Source: Vicinamibacterales bacterium (GTDB lineage Bacteria; Acidobacteriota; Vicinamibacteria; Vicinamibacterales; SCN-69-37). From it: a DNA stretch of 64,000 bases. The DNA lies in assembly GCA_040902895.1 (NCBI GenBank), contig JBBDWL010000047.1, positions 12,815 to 76,814 on the forward strand. The letters run 5' to 3'. The notes beneath the pieces are model-generated. The model worked only from the letters and a program-made list of their open reading frames with translations, had not been told where the DNA came from and ran no database searches. The position numbers were made by a program, and so were the translations under genes. Below are positions 53,572-63,238 of this stretch, piece after piece; the first letter of the stretch is position 1, and the number at the start of each line of letters is the position of its first letter.

Positions 53572-54330
53572 TCAATTCCCCAGGTTCACCTGATAATCCT
53601 GCGAGTGTCGTTCGAGCAGCCGATATTTGACGGCGGCCATGAAGAAGAAGAGCGGCAGCAGCAGGCCAGCGGCGGTCGCCAGAAGGTTGGCCGTCCAGAG
53701 CTTATAGCGATCGCCGCCCGCGACGAACGCGAACATCAGTCCCAGCAGCAGATCCACGGCGATGCCGGCGACCATGCCCGCGAGCACGCCCAGAACGGGC
53801 GCGCGGTACCTGCGCCGTTGGTCCGCGGTCATCTCGCGATAGCTCCGATAAATTGATACGCAGGCCACCCCCGATGCGACAAGCACGAGCAGCCCGACGC
53901 CAATCAGCGTGCCGTCGAGCGCGTCCTGCACCGACGCCTGCACGCGCGGTCCGATGGCGGCCGCCGCCACCGGTGTCAGCCCGACAAGCACGGCGGCCAG
54001 ATACAGAACGTTGATGTTGCCGCGCCGCAGCCACGGGCGCGCGTGCGGAAAGGACATGCCGAAGTGCAGAAAGATGGTGGCCGAGACGAGCCCTGTGGCG
54101 AGCACGAAGCCGTCAACGGCCGCCACACCAATCGGATGACGCGGAAGCGCCGTTGCTGAAATCAACAGGGGAATACCAAACGCGAGCTCTGATGCGCCGA
54201 GCGCCAGGAACACGCGCGCGCGACGATCGGCGCGATGGCGCTGCCAGATGATCAGGCCGACGATGAGCGCGATGATGCCGGGGGCGGCGTCGAGCGGTTC
54301 GGTGCCGAGGCCGATGAAGATGTCGCTCAC
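53572..54330 (-). CDS. Stand-alone 7-TM membrane protein resembling the N-terminal sensor module of histidine kinases
   Basis: It has seven hydrophobic helices and no output domain. Confidence 0.5.
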   Translation of the reverse strand: MSDIFIGLGTEPLDAAPGIIALIVGLIIWQRHRADRRARVFLALGASELAFGIPLLISATALPRHPIGVAAVDGFVLATGLVSATIFLHFGMSFPHARPWLRRGNINVLYLAAVLVGLTPVAAAAIGPRVQASVQDALDGTLIGVGLLVLVASGVACVSIYRSYREMTADQRRRYRAPVLGVLAGMVAGIAVDLLLGLMFAFVAGGDRYKLWTANLLATAAGLLLPLFFFMAAVKYRLLERHSQDYQVNLGN

Positions 54331-54336
54331 AGGAGG

Positions 54337-55725
54337 ATGATATCGTCACCCACGATGCGAACCATGATCCGCGCCGGCGCCGTGTCATGCGCCTTGATCC
54401 TGTCGGCGTGCGCCGCGCGCGGCGCCGGGGTTGAGTATCCCGCCGGGCCATCGACCGACATGCTCGCGCGCGCCTGGGACGCCGAACATGTATCGGCGTC
54501 GCTCTCGCCGCTGGTGGCCCACGCGGAGGTGGAGCGGCGGATCACATTGCTGCCGACGGATCTGTTTACCGTTCGCGAAGCCGGCCGATCCGTGGAAAAC
54601 CGCGCGATCTATCACGTGAAGACCGGCACGGGCCCCATGGCCGTCATGCTGTGGTCGCAGATGCACGGCGACGAGCCGACGGCGACGTCGGCACTCTTCG
54701 ATGTCTTTGAGTATCTGCGGCGGCATCGCGCGGAACCGGTGGCCGCGCGGATTCTCGATCGGCTGACCGTGCATGCCGTGCCGATGCTCAATCCCGATGG
54801 CGCCGAGCGCTTCACGCGCCGCAACGCGCAGGGCATCGACATCAATCGTGATGCCTTGAATCTCGTGACCCCGGAGGGACGGCTGCTGAAGCAGCTGCGC
54901 GACGAGCTGCAGCCGTCAGTGGGTTTCAACCTCCACAACCAGAGCTGGCGCACGGCGGTCGGCCGTCCTCGGCGGCCGGCGGCGATCTCGCTGCTGTCGG
55001 TCGCCTATGACGAGGCGCGCAGCGTGAATGCGGGACGACTGCTCACAAAGAAGCTGGCCGCTGTCGTGCGCGATGCCATCGAGCCGATTGCGGGCGATCG
55101 CATCGGCAAGTACGACGACAGCTTCGAAGTGCGCGCGTTCGGCGACAACATCACGCGGTGGGGCACGCCGGTGCTGCTGATCGAAACGGGCCCCTGGCCG
55201 GCGGAAAATCCCGATCCCCATCTCGTGCGCCTCAACTTCATCGCCATCCTGTCGGCGCTCGATGCGCTGGCCACCGGGCGCGTGCACGCGGCCGATCCCG
55301 CGCGGTACGACTCGCTGCCCAACAACGACTCGGGTCTCTCGTACTGGGTGATTCGCGGCGGATCGGTTCTCCGTGGAGACGGGCAGCCGGCGTTCAGGGC
55401 CGATGTCGGCGTCACCGCGCAACGCCGTGTCAGGATCCAGAACGGCCGGCGCGAGCTGTGGGTCTCGACGAGCATCGATGACTTCGGCGATCTGAGAAAC
55501 ACGAGCGCCCTGTTCGTCATCGACGCGACCGGCCTGGTGATTGCGCCCGCGATTGACGCCGTCGCGGCGGGCGCCGAGATCAAGCTGCCGGAATGGACGA
55601 TGGATCGTCCAGCCAGCTCAATCGTGCAGCCCGGATCGGCCGCGAGCCTGATGCTGCTGCGGCCACTGGGCGACGGCCGCTACAGAGTTGAGCGCGTGCT
55701 CGAGGGAAGCTGGCGGGTGAACTGA
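54337..55725 (+). CDS. M14-family zinc carboxypeptidase lipoprotein
   Basis: It has a lipobox-like ALILSAC, the zinc-ligand region WSQMHGDEPTAT and MLNPDGAERFTRRNAQGIDINRD. The start is 54337 or 54355. Confidence 0.8.
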   Translation: MISSPTMRTMIRAGAVSCALILSACAARGAGVEYPAGPSTDMLARAWDAEHVSASLSPLVAHAEVERRITLLPTDLFTVREAGRSVENRAIYHVKTGTGPMAVMLWSQMHGDEPTATSALFDVFEYLRRHRAEPVAARILDRLTVHAVPMLNPDGAERFTRRNAQGIDINRDALNLVTPEGRLLKQLRDELQPSVGFNLHNQSWRTAVGRPRRPAAISLLSVAYDEARSVNAGRLLTKKLAAVVRDAIEPIAGDRIGKYDDSFEVRAFGDNITRWGTPVLLIETGPWPAENPDPHLVRLNFIAILSALDALATGRVHAADPARYDSLPNNDSGLSYWVIRGGSVLRGDGQPAFRADVGVTAQRRVRIQNGRRELWVSTSIDDFGDLRNTSALFVIDATGLVIAPAIDAVAAGAEIKLPEWTMDRPASSIVQPGSAASLMLLRPLGDGRYRVERVLEGSWRVN

Positions 55726-56733
55726 ATGCGCATCGCGATTCTGGGATCGGGCGCCGTCGGCGGATTTTATGGCGCGCTGCTCGCGCGGCAGGGACACGAC
55801 GTCGCGTTCATCGCGCGCGGCGCGCATCTCGACGCGATTCGCCGCAACGGATTGCGCGTGCGCGGCGCGGTGGGCGACTTCGCGGCGCGCGGCCGCGCAG
55901 ACAGCGATCCGTCGGCCATCGGCGAGGTAGACCTCGTCATTCTTGCGGTCAAGACGTACGACAACGACACGGCGCTGCCGATGCTGCAGCCGCTGGTTGG
56001 ACGCGACACCGTGGTGCTCACGCTGCAGAATGGCGTCGACAGCGTCGACCAGGTCGCCGCCAGCGTCGGCGCGGACCGTGTCCTCGGCGGCGCGACGTAT
56101 GTCGCCACAGCCATCGCCGAGCCTGGCGTCATCGAGCAGACAGGCACGCACCGCCGCATCGTGTTCGGCGAGGTGATCCATTCGACTCGCCCCGAGCAGA
56201 GTCCCGGGGATCGCTCGGGGCAAGATCCCGCGGAGCCCAGCGCGCGCGTCAACGAGATCGCGCAGATAATGCGCGGCGCCGACATCCAGGCCGAGGCCGT
56301 CGCCGACGCGCGGCCCGCGCTCTGGGAAAAATTCGTGTACCTCGCGCCGTTTGCCGGCTTCACCGGCGCCGCCCGGCTGCCGGTTGGTCCGCTGCGCGAT
56401 CTCCCTGGATTCTTCGATTTGGCGCTCCGCGCGTGCGCGGAAGTGGCGGCGGTCGGGCGCGCCGAAGGCGTGACACTCCCGGCCGACATGCCACAGCGGC
56501 TGCGCGCCTACATCGATGCGCTGCCCGCTACGACGCGCTCGTCGCTGCTGATCGATCTGCAGAGCGGCAAGCGCATCGAAGTCGAAAGTCTCCAGGGCTC
56601 CGTCGTCAGGCGCGCCGCCGCCGCGGGTGTGGACGTGCCGATCATGCAGACGCTGTACGCGCTGCTGAAGCCCTGGGCCGCCGGCACGCAATCCGACCCG
56701 GCCGGGACCTCCGAAGGCCCGGCGCAAAAATGA
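55726..56733 (+). CDS. panE: 2-dehydropantoate 2-reductase (ketopantoate reductase family)
   Basis: MRIAILGSGAVGGFYGALLARQGHDV, with the C-terminal SSLLIDLQSGKRIEVESLQG. Confidence 0.8.
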   Translation: MRIAILGSGAVGGFYGALLARQGHDVAFIARGAHLDAIRRNGLRVRGAVGDFAARGRADSDPSAIGEVDLVILAVKTYDNDTALPMLQPLVGRDTVVLTLQNGVDSVDQVAASVGADRVLGGATYVATAIAEPGVIEQTGTHRRIVFGEVIHSTRPEQSPGDRSGQDPAEPSARVNEIAQIMRGADIQAEAVADARPALWEKFVYLAPFAGFTGAARLPVGPLRDLPGFFDLALRACAEVAAVGRAEGVTLPADMPQRLRAYIDALPATTRSSLLIDLQSGKRIEVESLQGSVVRRAAAAGVDVPIMQTLYALLKPWAAGTQSDPAGTSEGPAQK

Positions 56734-57554
56734 CGTTGCTGCTTTTGCTCGGCACTCTGGCCGTCAGTGCAGGTGCCGGTTGTCTCGGTGCGCTGCTTGG
56801 CCTGGGCGGCGGCATCTTCATCGTGCCTTTTCTGCATTTCGTGATCGGTCTGCCGTTTGCCTCGGCGACCGCGGTGAGTCTCGTCACCATCATTGCGACC
56901 TCCAGCGTGACCGCCACCAATCCGGGGCAGCGGCAGCTGACCAACATGAAGCTCGGCATCCTTCTCGAGGCATTCAGCGCGCCCGCGGCGGTGGCCTCCG
57001 CCTACTGGGCGACTGCGATCTCCGAGCCAAACCTGCGGCGGGTATTCGGCGTGGCTGCCATCGGGATCGCGATCGTCATGCTCACGAGGCTCAACAAACG
57101 CAACGTCGTGCTGGATCCTGCGTTCGCGATCGGTTCACTCGGCGGCCGGTTTTTTGAAGCCGAAAGCGCCGCGGTCGTGTCGTACCGCGTCAAGCGGCTC
57201 CCGGTCGCCTGCGCCAGCTCCGTGCTGGCCGGCATTTTGTCGGGACTGATAGGCATCGGAGGCGGGATCATCAAGGTGCCGGTACTGAACGCGTGGTGCG
57301 GTGTGCCGCTGCGCGCGGCGGCCGCCACCAGCGCGTTCATGATCGGCGTCACCGTCGTGGCCAGCGCGATTCCGTACTACCTGCGGGGCGACGTGGTTCC
57401 GCACTATGCCGCGGCCACCGTGCTCGGTGTGCTCGCCGGCGGGCGCGCCGGCATCTGGCTGATGCCCAGGGTGACGGCGCGGCGCCTGAAGGTGCTGATG
57501 GCCGCGATGCTGCTGGCCGTCGCGATCTCGTCGCTGATCAAGGCGGGATGGTGA
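56730..57554 (+). CDS. TauE/SafE-family sulfite exporter-like membrane protein
   Basis: The duplicated GGGIFIVP / GGGIIKVP motifs are present. Its ATG overlaps the panE stop. Confidence 0.8.
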   Translation: MTLLLLLGTLAVSAGAGCLGALLGLGGGIFIVPFLHFVIGLPFASATAVSLVTIIATSSVTATNPGQRQLTNMKLGILLEAFSAPAAVASAYWATAISEPNLRRVFGVAAIGIAIVMLTRLNKRNVVLDPAFAIGSLGGRFFEAESAAVVSYRVKRLPVACASSVLAGILSGLIGIGGGIIKVPVLNAWCGVPLRAAAATSAFMIGVTVVASAIPYYLRGDVVPHYAAATVLGVLAGGRAGIWLMPRVTARRLKVLMAAMLLAVAISSLIKAGW

Positions 57555-57820
57555 TGGAACAGGCGCTGCGTATCGCAACGTGGATCGCCGCCGCGCTGTT
57601 GGCGGCCGGACTCGCGCTGTGGCTGATCGGCGCACCAGCGGCGCCGCTCGTTCTGCATGCCGGGTTGTGGCTGTTGATTTCGACGCCGATCGTGCGCGTC
57701 CTGATGGCGCTTGTGGAGTATCTGGCGGCGCGCGACTGGGCGTTCGTCGCGCTGACGCTCATCGTGCTGGCCTGTCTGGTGGTTCCGCTCTCCGTCTATT
57801 TCCTGTCGCTGGCTACCTGA
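57554..57820 (+). CDS. DUF1634 small membrane protein (usual TauE partner)
   Basis: An 88-aa protein with three TM segments. Its ATG overlaps the upstream stop. Confidence 0.65.
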   Translation: MEQALRIATWIAAALLAAGLALWLIGAPAAPLVLHAGLWLLISTPIVRVLMALVEYLAARDWAFVALTLIVLACLVVPLSVYFLSLAT

Positions 57821-58853
57821 TCGCTTCGCCGGTCTCCGGAATGCCGCCCTGCACCTGCTGGGCCACTTCGCGCAGGCGCTCCTGCGCCGCCGTGCGCATA
57901 CGTTCGAGCAGATCCTGAATGCGCTGTGCCTGCCGCGTGATCACGGCGACGTCTCGCTGCAGCGCCGGATCCGGATATCCCCGTTCGAGCAGATCGCAGT
58001 GACCGGTGATCGTCTGCAGCGCGCTCTGGATCTCGCTGGCGATCGACAGGGTCAGCTCCGCCATGGCCTCCATCGTGCGGTAGCGCGCCACGGCCTGCTG
58101 CAGCTGCTGCGCGACGTAGGCCACCGCCAGAATCTCGGCGATCGGCGCGAGCGCCGCGCGATGTTCGTCGGTGAAGGCGTTTTTCACGCGCGAGACGACA
58201 TTCAGCGTGCCGACCGCTTTGTTCTTCGAGACGAGCGGCAGCACCATGCCCGATTGAAATCCACTTTGGTGCAGCACGTTGGCATCGAGGAAGTCGGCCG
58301 CCTGGGCCGAGACGTCGGGCACGATCAGCGCCTGACACGTGCGGACGACCTGGCCAATGTGGGTGCGATCGATGTTGAACGCGAGATCGACGCGCGGCCG
58401 GGTGCGGCGCTCCGGCTCGGCCACGCGTGCCGTGAAGGTCTGAAACTCCTGCCCGCCGTCCTTCAGCAGCGCAAGACCGACGCGGTCGCAGGGCACGATG
58501 CGCGCGACGCGCCGGGCCAGCGCCTGAAACGCCAGCGTCACGTCAGTCGATCGCGCGAGCGTTTGCAGCATCTCGTTGTGCGCTTCGAGCTGCTCGACCT
58601 GATCGACCGTGGCGCGATAATCCCGCTCGCGCGCCTCCATGACGCGCCGCAGTGACGAGAAGGAGCTGATGGCGACCGCTGTGAGCGCGAAGACGACCAT
58701 CCACGCGATGAGGATAAGTCCCGGCTCGTACAGGCCCGCGGGCACAAGGCCGCGGCCGGCGGCAAACCAGAAGACCAGCTGCAGGATCGCGCCCGCCGCG
58801 ATCAGCATGAAGACAAGGCGGCGTGACTGCGCACCCTGCAGCTGGGGGTTCAT
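57813..58853 (-). CDS. Membrane-anchored GAF-domain protein with a degenerate DHp (HisKA-like) helix and no kinase catalytic domain
   Basis: It has two TM segments, a GAF region (VGLALLKDGGQEF...GTLNVVS) and then ASEIQSALQTITGHCDLLE. This aligns to SHE(I/L)R.PL..I.G..ELLE with Ser in place of the phospho-acceptor His. The ORF ends without an HATPase domain. ATG 58853 overlaps the upstream stop. Confidence 0.65.
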   Translation of the reverse strand: MNPQLQGAQSRRLVFMLIAAGAILQLVFWFAAGRGLVPAGLYEPGLILIAWMVVFALTAVAISSFSSLRRVMEARERDYRATVDQVEQLEAHNEMLQTLARSTDVTLAFQALARRVARIVPCDRVGLALLKDGGQEFQTFTARVAEPERRTRPRVDLAFNIDRTHIGQVVRTCQALIVPDVSAQAADFLDANVLHQSGFQSGMVLPLVSKNKAVGTLNVVSRVKNAFTDEHRAALAPIAEILAVAYVAQQLQQAVARYRTMEAMAELTLSIASEIQSALQTITGHCDLLERGYPDPALQRDVAVITRQAQRIQDLLERMRTAAQERLREVAQQVQGGIPETGEAIR

Positions 58854-61513
58854 GGCCCGGTAATGGTATATGCGTCGAGCACCGGGCGCAGCGGCCGATC
58901 GAACCAGAGCGGACGGCGGAGGCCGCCGGGCCCGGGAGCGGGCCGGGTGCGCTCCAGCCACTCGCGATAGAGCTCGTGCGAGCGGCCGGTGTCGACCTCG
59001 ATATCGCCGTACGCGTCAGTGTCGCCCGCCTTTTCGACCGTGACGCGCAGATGCCAGCAGTGCATGCCGCTCACAGGGTCTGGCTGCACGGGAAAGGTCA
59101 GGTTCTGGTGGACGCCGATTTCGCTCCACCAGACGCGGCCGCTGTCGGGATCGCCGCTCTCGAACGGCTGCGCGCCATGCACCTGCTTCATCGAATAGCG
59201 CCCACCGGTCTTCCGCTCGATCCGCACCAGCGCCGACGCGCTGCGCGATCCGCCCTCGTCTTCGTGCAGCCGCCAGCGTCCCAGATGATGCGACATGGCG
59301 ACGATGCCGGGGCGGAGGCCTTCGGTGACCCAGGCGCGCGTGACGAAGTAGCCGATGGCCGTCTTCACTTTCACCAGACCGCCGCTTTCGATGCCGAGTC
59401 GCGCGGCATCAGGTGTCGCGATCCAGAGCGGATTGGAATGCGAGATCTCGTACGCCCACTTCACCGCGCCGCGGGTGTGGATGAGCGTCGGCAACCGGAA
59501 GTTCGGCAGCAGATCGAACTCGCCGTCTTCGCGCTTCAGATCCTTCCAATGCACGTGGCCCGGCACGTAGCGCGGAATCGCGTGCTCGCCCCATCCCCAG
59601 TCGACGAGCGTCTGTGAGTAAAACTCCAGCTTTTTCGACGGCGTGTTGAAGCCGTCCTGTTCGTGCGTCCGGCTGTACGCGTCGTCCTCGACCTTGAAGA
59701 CGCCGTACTTGCGCATGTATTCGAGCGGCTTCAGCCCTTCGCGCGCGGCGGTCTCGGGAAGACCGGGCACGGAGTTCTCGAACATCCAGCCGTAGTACTC
59801 GTCCATCGTGATGCGCTCACCGGGGCGGTACGGCGACTCCCAGAACTTGCGCAAGCCGAGCGACCCGTCGTGATCGATGCGCCACGTGAGCTCGGCCCAG
59901 AACTCACTCTCTTCCCAGACCTCGCCCGGATTGGCGTCCTTCGTATCGATCGCCGGATTGCCCGCTTTCTCGCGGGCGACGCGCACGACCGGCTGCCGGA
60001 AGCCGAGCCACCTGGCGGCGTGCGTCTCCTGACTCATCGTGTCGTGCCGTTCCGTGCCAAGCCCCATCGGCAGAATGTAGTCGGCGAACCATGCCGTCTC
60101 GCTCCACGTCGGCGTCAGCGCGATATGCATGCCGATCTTCGACTCGTCTTCGAGCACTTCCATCCACGAGAAGCCGTCGGGATTGGTCCAGAGCGGGTTG
60201 TACACGCGCGTGAAATAGACATCGAGCTTTCCGCGCCCCTCTTTGAGGAAGTGCGGCAGCAGGAAGCTCATCTCGTGGAACGACAGCGGGAACTCGCGAG
60301 GGAAGAGCAGCTCGTTCCAGTAGCCCGGCGGCGGCGGAGGATTCGGATGCTTCGGCACGAACTTGTTGGTGGCGTTGAGATTGACGCCCCCTTTCGCGCC
60401 GATGGCGCCCGTCAGCACCACCAGCAGATACACGCAGCGCGTGATCTGCCATCCCCAGAGATTGCCCGCGGCGGCGGCGCGCCAGCTGTGCGTCGAGAAG
60501 GCCGTGCCGGCATCGGCCACCGCGCGTGCCGCCTGCTCGATTCGATCCGCGCTCACGCCCGTTTCGGCGGCGGCATATTCGAACGTGAAGGGCGCGTACT
60601 CCTCCTTGAGCGCGTCGATGAACGCCTGGAACGTGGAAGGGGACGCCGGCTTCTCGGCGGCGAGGTACTCCTGCCAGTTGACCCACGTCTCGACGAACGC
60701 GCGATTGAACCGATTCTCGACCAGCAGATACCGCGCGATCGCCAGCAGGATGGCGCCTTCGGTGCCGGAGTAGGCCGGCAGCCACAGGTCTGACTTCGCC
60801 GACGTGTTCGAGAGCCGCGGATCGATCACGATGAGCGTCGCGCCCTTGGCCTGGCCCTCGATGATGCGCTGTGCATGCGGATTGAAGTAGTGGCCAGACT
60901 CGAGATGCGACGAGAGCAGCAGAATCGTCTTTGCATTGGCGTGGTCGGGCGACGGGCGATCCGATCCGCACCACAAAAAATGCCCGAGACGGGCCGACGA
61001 TGAGCAGACGTTCGTGTGGCTGTTGTGCCCGTCGACGCCCCACGTCTGCAGCGTGCGATTCGCGTAGCCGTCTTCGCCGGGCCGGCCGACGTGATACATC
61101 AGCTCGTTCTTGCGCCCGTCCTGAATCGCGCGGCGAATCCGTCCGGCGATGTCGTCGAGCGCCGCGTCCCAGCTCACGCGCTCCCACCGCCCGTCGCCGC
61201 GTTTGCCCGTGCGCTTCAGCGGATAGAGGATGCGATCGGGATCTTCGAGCTGATTGGGCGTGACCACGCCCTTGGCGCACGTGCGGCCGCGGCTGCCGGG
61301 ATGCACCGGATTGCCCTCGATCTTGCGGACGTCCAGCGTGTCTTTGTCGACATACGCGAGGATGCCGCACGCCGACTCGCAGTTGAAGCAGATCGACGGA
61401 ATGATCCAGTAGCGGCGCCGATCCTTCTTCGGCCACGACGTCGACTCGAAGTCCACGTAGTTGTCCCACTCGGACGGATCGGGATGAGTTCGGAAGCCTT
61501 TGTCGGGTCTCAT
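58850..61513 (-). CDS. Molybdopterin (bis-MGD) oxidoreductase catalytic subunit, Psr/Phs/Ttr/Arr-like, without a Tat leader
   Basis: The N-terminal FeS motif is CFNCESACG...C. The Cys-type Mo ligand region is HTNVCSSSARLG. It has a typical MopB length plus a C-terminal extension. No S/T-RR-x-F-L-K motif is present in the first 45 aa. Confidence 0.8.
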   Translation of the reverse strand: MRPDKGFRTHPDPSEWDNYVDFESTSWPKKDRRRYWIIPSICFNCESACGILAYVDKDTLDVRKIEGNPVHPGSRGRTCAKGVVTPNQLEDPDRILYPLKRTGKRGDGRWERVSWDAALDDIAGRIRRAIQDGRKNELMYHVGRPGEDGYANRTLQTWGVDGHNSHTNVCSSSARLGHFLWCGSDRPSPDHANAKTILLLSSHLESGHYFNPHAQRIIEGQAKGATLIVIDPRLSNTSAKSDLWLPAYSGTEGAILLAIARYLLVENRFNRAFVETWVNWQEYLAAEKPASPSTFQAFIDALKEEYAPFTFEYAAAETGVSADRIEQAARAVADAGTAFSTHSWRAAAAGNLWGWQITRCVYLLVVLTGAIGAKGGVNLNATNKFVPKHPNPPPPPGYWNELLFPREFPLSFHEMSFLLPHFLKEGRGKLDVYFTRVYNPLWTNPDGFSWMEVLEDESKIGMHIALTPTWSETAWFADYILPMGLGTERHDTMSQETHAARWLGFRQPVVRVAREKAGNPAIDTKDANPGEVWEESEFWAELTWRIDHDGSLGLRKFWESPYRPGERITMDEYYGWMFENSVPGLPETAAREGLKPLEYMRKYGVFKVEDDAYSRTHEQDGFNTPSKKLEFYSQTLVDWGWGEHAIPRYVPGHVHWKDLKREDGEFDLLPNFRLPTLIHTRGAVKWAYEISHSNPLWIATPDAARLGIESGGLVKVKTAIGYFVTRAWVTEGLRPGIVAMSHHLGRWRLHEDEGGSRSASALVRIERKTGGRYSMKQVHGAQPFESGDPDSGRVWWSEIGVHQNLTFPVQPDPVSGMHCWHLRVTVEKAGDTDAYGDIEVDTGRSHELYREWLERTRPAPGPGGLRRPLWFDRPLRPVLDAYTITGP

Positions 61514-61544
61514 GCCGATGCTCGGGGCTTGGTCCGGTATTGCA

Positions 61545-61573
61545 CCCCAACGCGCAAAGAACGCGCGTTGGGG
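61545..61573. other. 11-bp perfect hairpin in the intergenic spacer of the oxidoreductase operon
   Basis: CCCCAACGCGC-aaagaac-GCGCGTTGGGG lies 32 bp upstream of the catalytic-subunit start. No U-tract follows on the transcribed strand. Confidence 0.6.
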
Positions 61574-61602
61574 GCCCGCCTGAGCGCCGGCGAGGAAATG
61601 AC

Positions 61603-61645
61603 CGGGCGCGGCTGCGATTTCTTAACGCCGTCGCGAATGAACACC
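61603..61645. repeat. Family-C repeat core, intergenic copy
   Basis: CGGGCGCGGCTGCGATTTCTTAACGCCGTCGCGAATGAACACC. Its 31-nt centre differs at 2 positions from 63365-63395. Confidence 0.7.
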
Positions 61646-61671
61646 GGACACCGCCCCTGCGCGTGGACCAT

Positions 61672-61703
61672 ACCAACAACCAGCAACCAACAACCAGCAA
61701 CCG
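61672..61703. repeat. Heptanucleotide tandem array (ACCARCA x4.5) immediately downstream of the FeS-NrfD gene stop
   Basis: accaaca accagca accaaca accagca accg. It is the reverse complement of the unit in the argF array. Confidence 0.7.
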
Positions 61704-63227
61704 TCATGAAATAGGCACACACTGTCCTGCATCCACCCACACGTACTCCCACGCGAAGGCGCCCGCGAGCGCGAGCAGCGATGCCACCATCAGCAGCGAA
61801 GCGGGAACGGTGCCGGCGATTCCGAATGCGAGCATCGCCAGCGGCACGATGCCGCCGAGGCCAAGGGAGATACCCCAGAACAGGCGCGCGTAGGGGCCGC
61901 GGCGGATCGCGCCGACCGCGAGCTCGTGATGGCGCGTCGGACTCGGCGCGAGCAGGTTCTCGAAGACAAGGAAGACGAGATGCACCGCGAGCGCGCCGAA
62001 CAGCGAGAGCGCGAGCATCCGCGTCGCGCCGGCCGCATCCGCCAGGAATGGCGCGACGAGCAGCAGCACCGCGGCGGCTTCAACGACGGCCTGCGCGATC
62101 AGATCGACGGCGGCGTACGGGCCCTGCCAGAGATCGCGCGCGAGGCCTTGCGCGAACAGAAATCCGGTGTACGACGTGGCCGCCAGCGCAATGACGAGTG
62201 CCGGCGCAGCCATCCAGGTCATCAGCCACGGCAGCCCGAACACGCCGGCCGCAAGCCAGAGTGTCGAGATGGCCCCATGCGCCGTCAGAAAATACGCGCC
62301 CCACGTCATCCACGATCGCCAGTTCGGCCGGATCAGAATGTAATAAAAGCGCTCCGGCCGCTCGAGATCGATGATGAGTACCGCCGCCGTGATGATTGAA
62401 AAGACGAGCGACACGATTGGGGCGGCAATCTGCACGAGCGTGCTTCGCTCGCCCGCGAACCACAGCAGCGCCGCAAGCAGCATCGCTCCTGTCGCAATGC
62501 CCTTCGTGAGCAGATAGAGCGCCATGTCGAGCCCCCACGCCTGCGCGTGCGGCACGTCGTAATCGACACGCGGCGCGCCGGGCTGTTTCGGGTCTTCGGT
62601 GAGTGCGCCGAGAGGCCGCATCACGACCTGGCCCTCTTTGTACATGAAGGGCCGCGTCGCCACTTCAGGCTGAATCGCCGCTTCTTCGGCGCCGATGTAG
62701 AAGATCTTCGGCTTCGTCCCCTTGTCGGGCCTGCGCACCGTGACTGCCTCGCGCTGCAGTATCTGCGCGACCTCGCTCGCAGGATCGTCCAGGTCGCCGA
62801 AGATGCGGCATTCGGTGGGACACACGCTCACGCACGCCGGCTGCAGCTTGTTCTCGACGCGGTTCGCGCAGAAGTTGCACTTCTCGGCCGTATGCGTGTT
62901 GGGATCGATGAACAGCTGGTCGTACGGGCACGCCGCCATGCATGCGCGGCATCCGATGCACGAATCGCCGTTGAAGTCGACGATGCCGTCGCGGCGCTTG
63001 AAGAGCGTGTTGGTCGGACAGATCGTCACGCACGGCGCGTCGTCGCACTGATTGCAGAGGACGGGGAAGAAGAACCGCGTCGTGTCGGGAAAGGAGCCTT
63101 TCTCGACGGTCTTCACCCAGCAGCGATGCACGCCGACCGGAATTTCGTGCTCGGCCTTGCAGGCGATCGAGCAGGCGTGGCAGCCGATGCACTTGCGGAG
63201 ATCGATTGCGAAGCCGTAGTTCGCCAC
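61704..63227 (-). CDS. Fused 4Fe-4S ferredoxin (PsrB/DmsB-like) and NrfD/PsrC-like integral membrane subunit
   Basis: The N-terminal half has four Cys clusters (CIGCHACSIACK, CNQCDDAPC, CIGCRACMAACP, CNFC...C...CP). The C-terminal ~300 aa form about 8 TM helices. Confidence 0.8.
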   Translation of the reverse strand: MANYGFAIDLRKCIGCHACSIACKAEHEIPVGVHRCWVKTVEKGSFPDTTRFFFPVLCNQCDDAPCVTICPTNTLFKRRDGIVDFNGDSCIGCRACMAACPYDQLFIDPNTHTAEKCNFCANRVENKLQPACVSVCPTECRIFGDLDDPASEVAQILQREAVTVRRPDKGTKPKIFYIGAEEAAIQPEVATRPFMYKEGQVVMRPLGALTEDPKQPGAPRVDYDVPHAQAWGLDMALYLLTKGIATGAMLLAALLWFAGERSTLVQIAAPIVSLVFSIITAAVLIIDLERPERFYYILIRPNWRSWMTWGAYFLTAHGAISTLWLAAGVFGLPWLMTWMAAPALVIALAATSYTGFLFAQGLARDLWQGPYAAVDLIAQAVVEAAAVLLLVAPFLADAAGATRMLALSLFGALAVHLVFLVFENLLAPSPTRHHELAVGAIRRGPYARLFWGISLGLGGIVPLAMLAFGIAGTVPASLLMVASLLALAGAFAWEYVWVDAGQCVPIS

Positions 63228-63238
63228 GAGTGGAGCGA

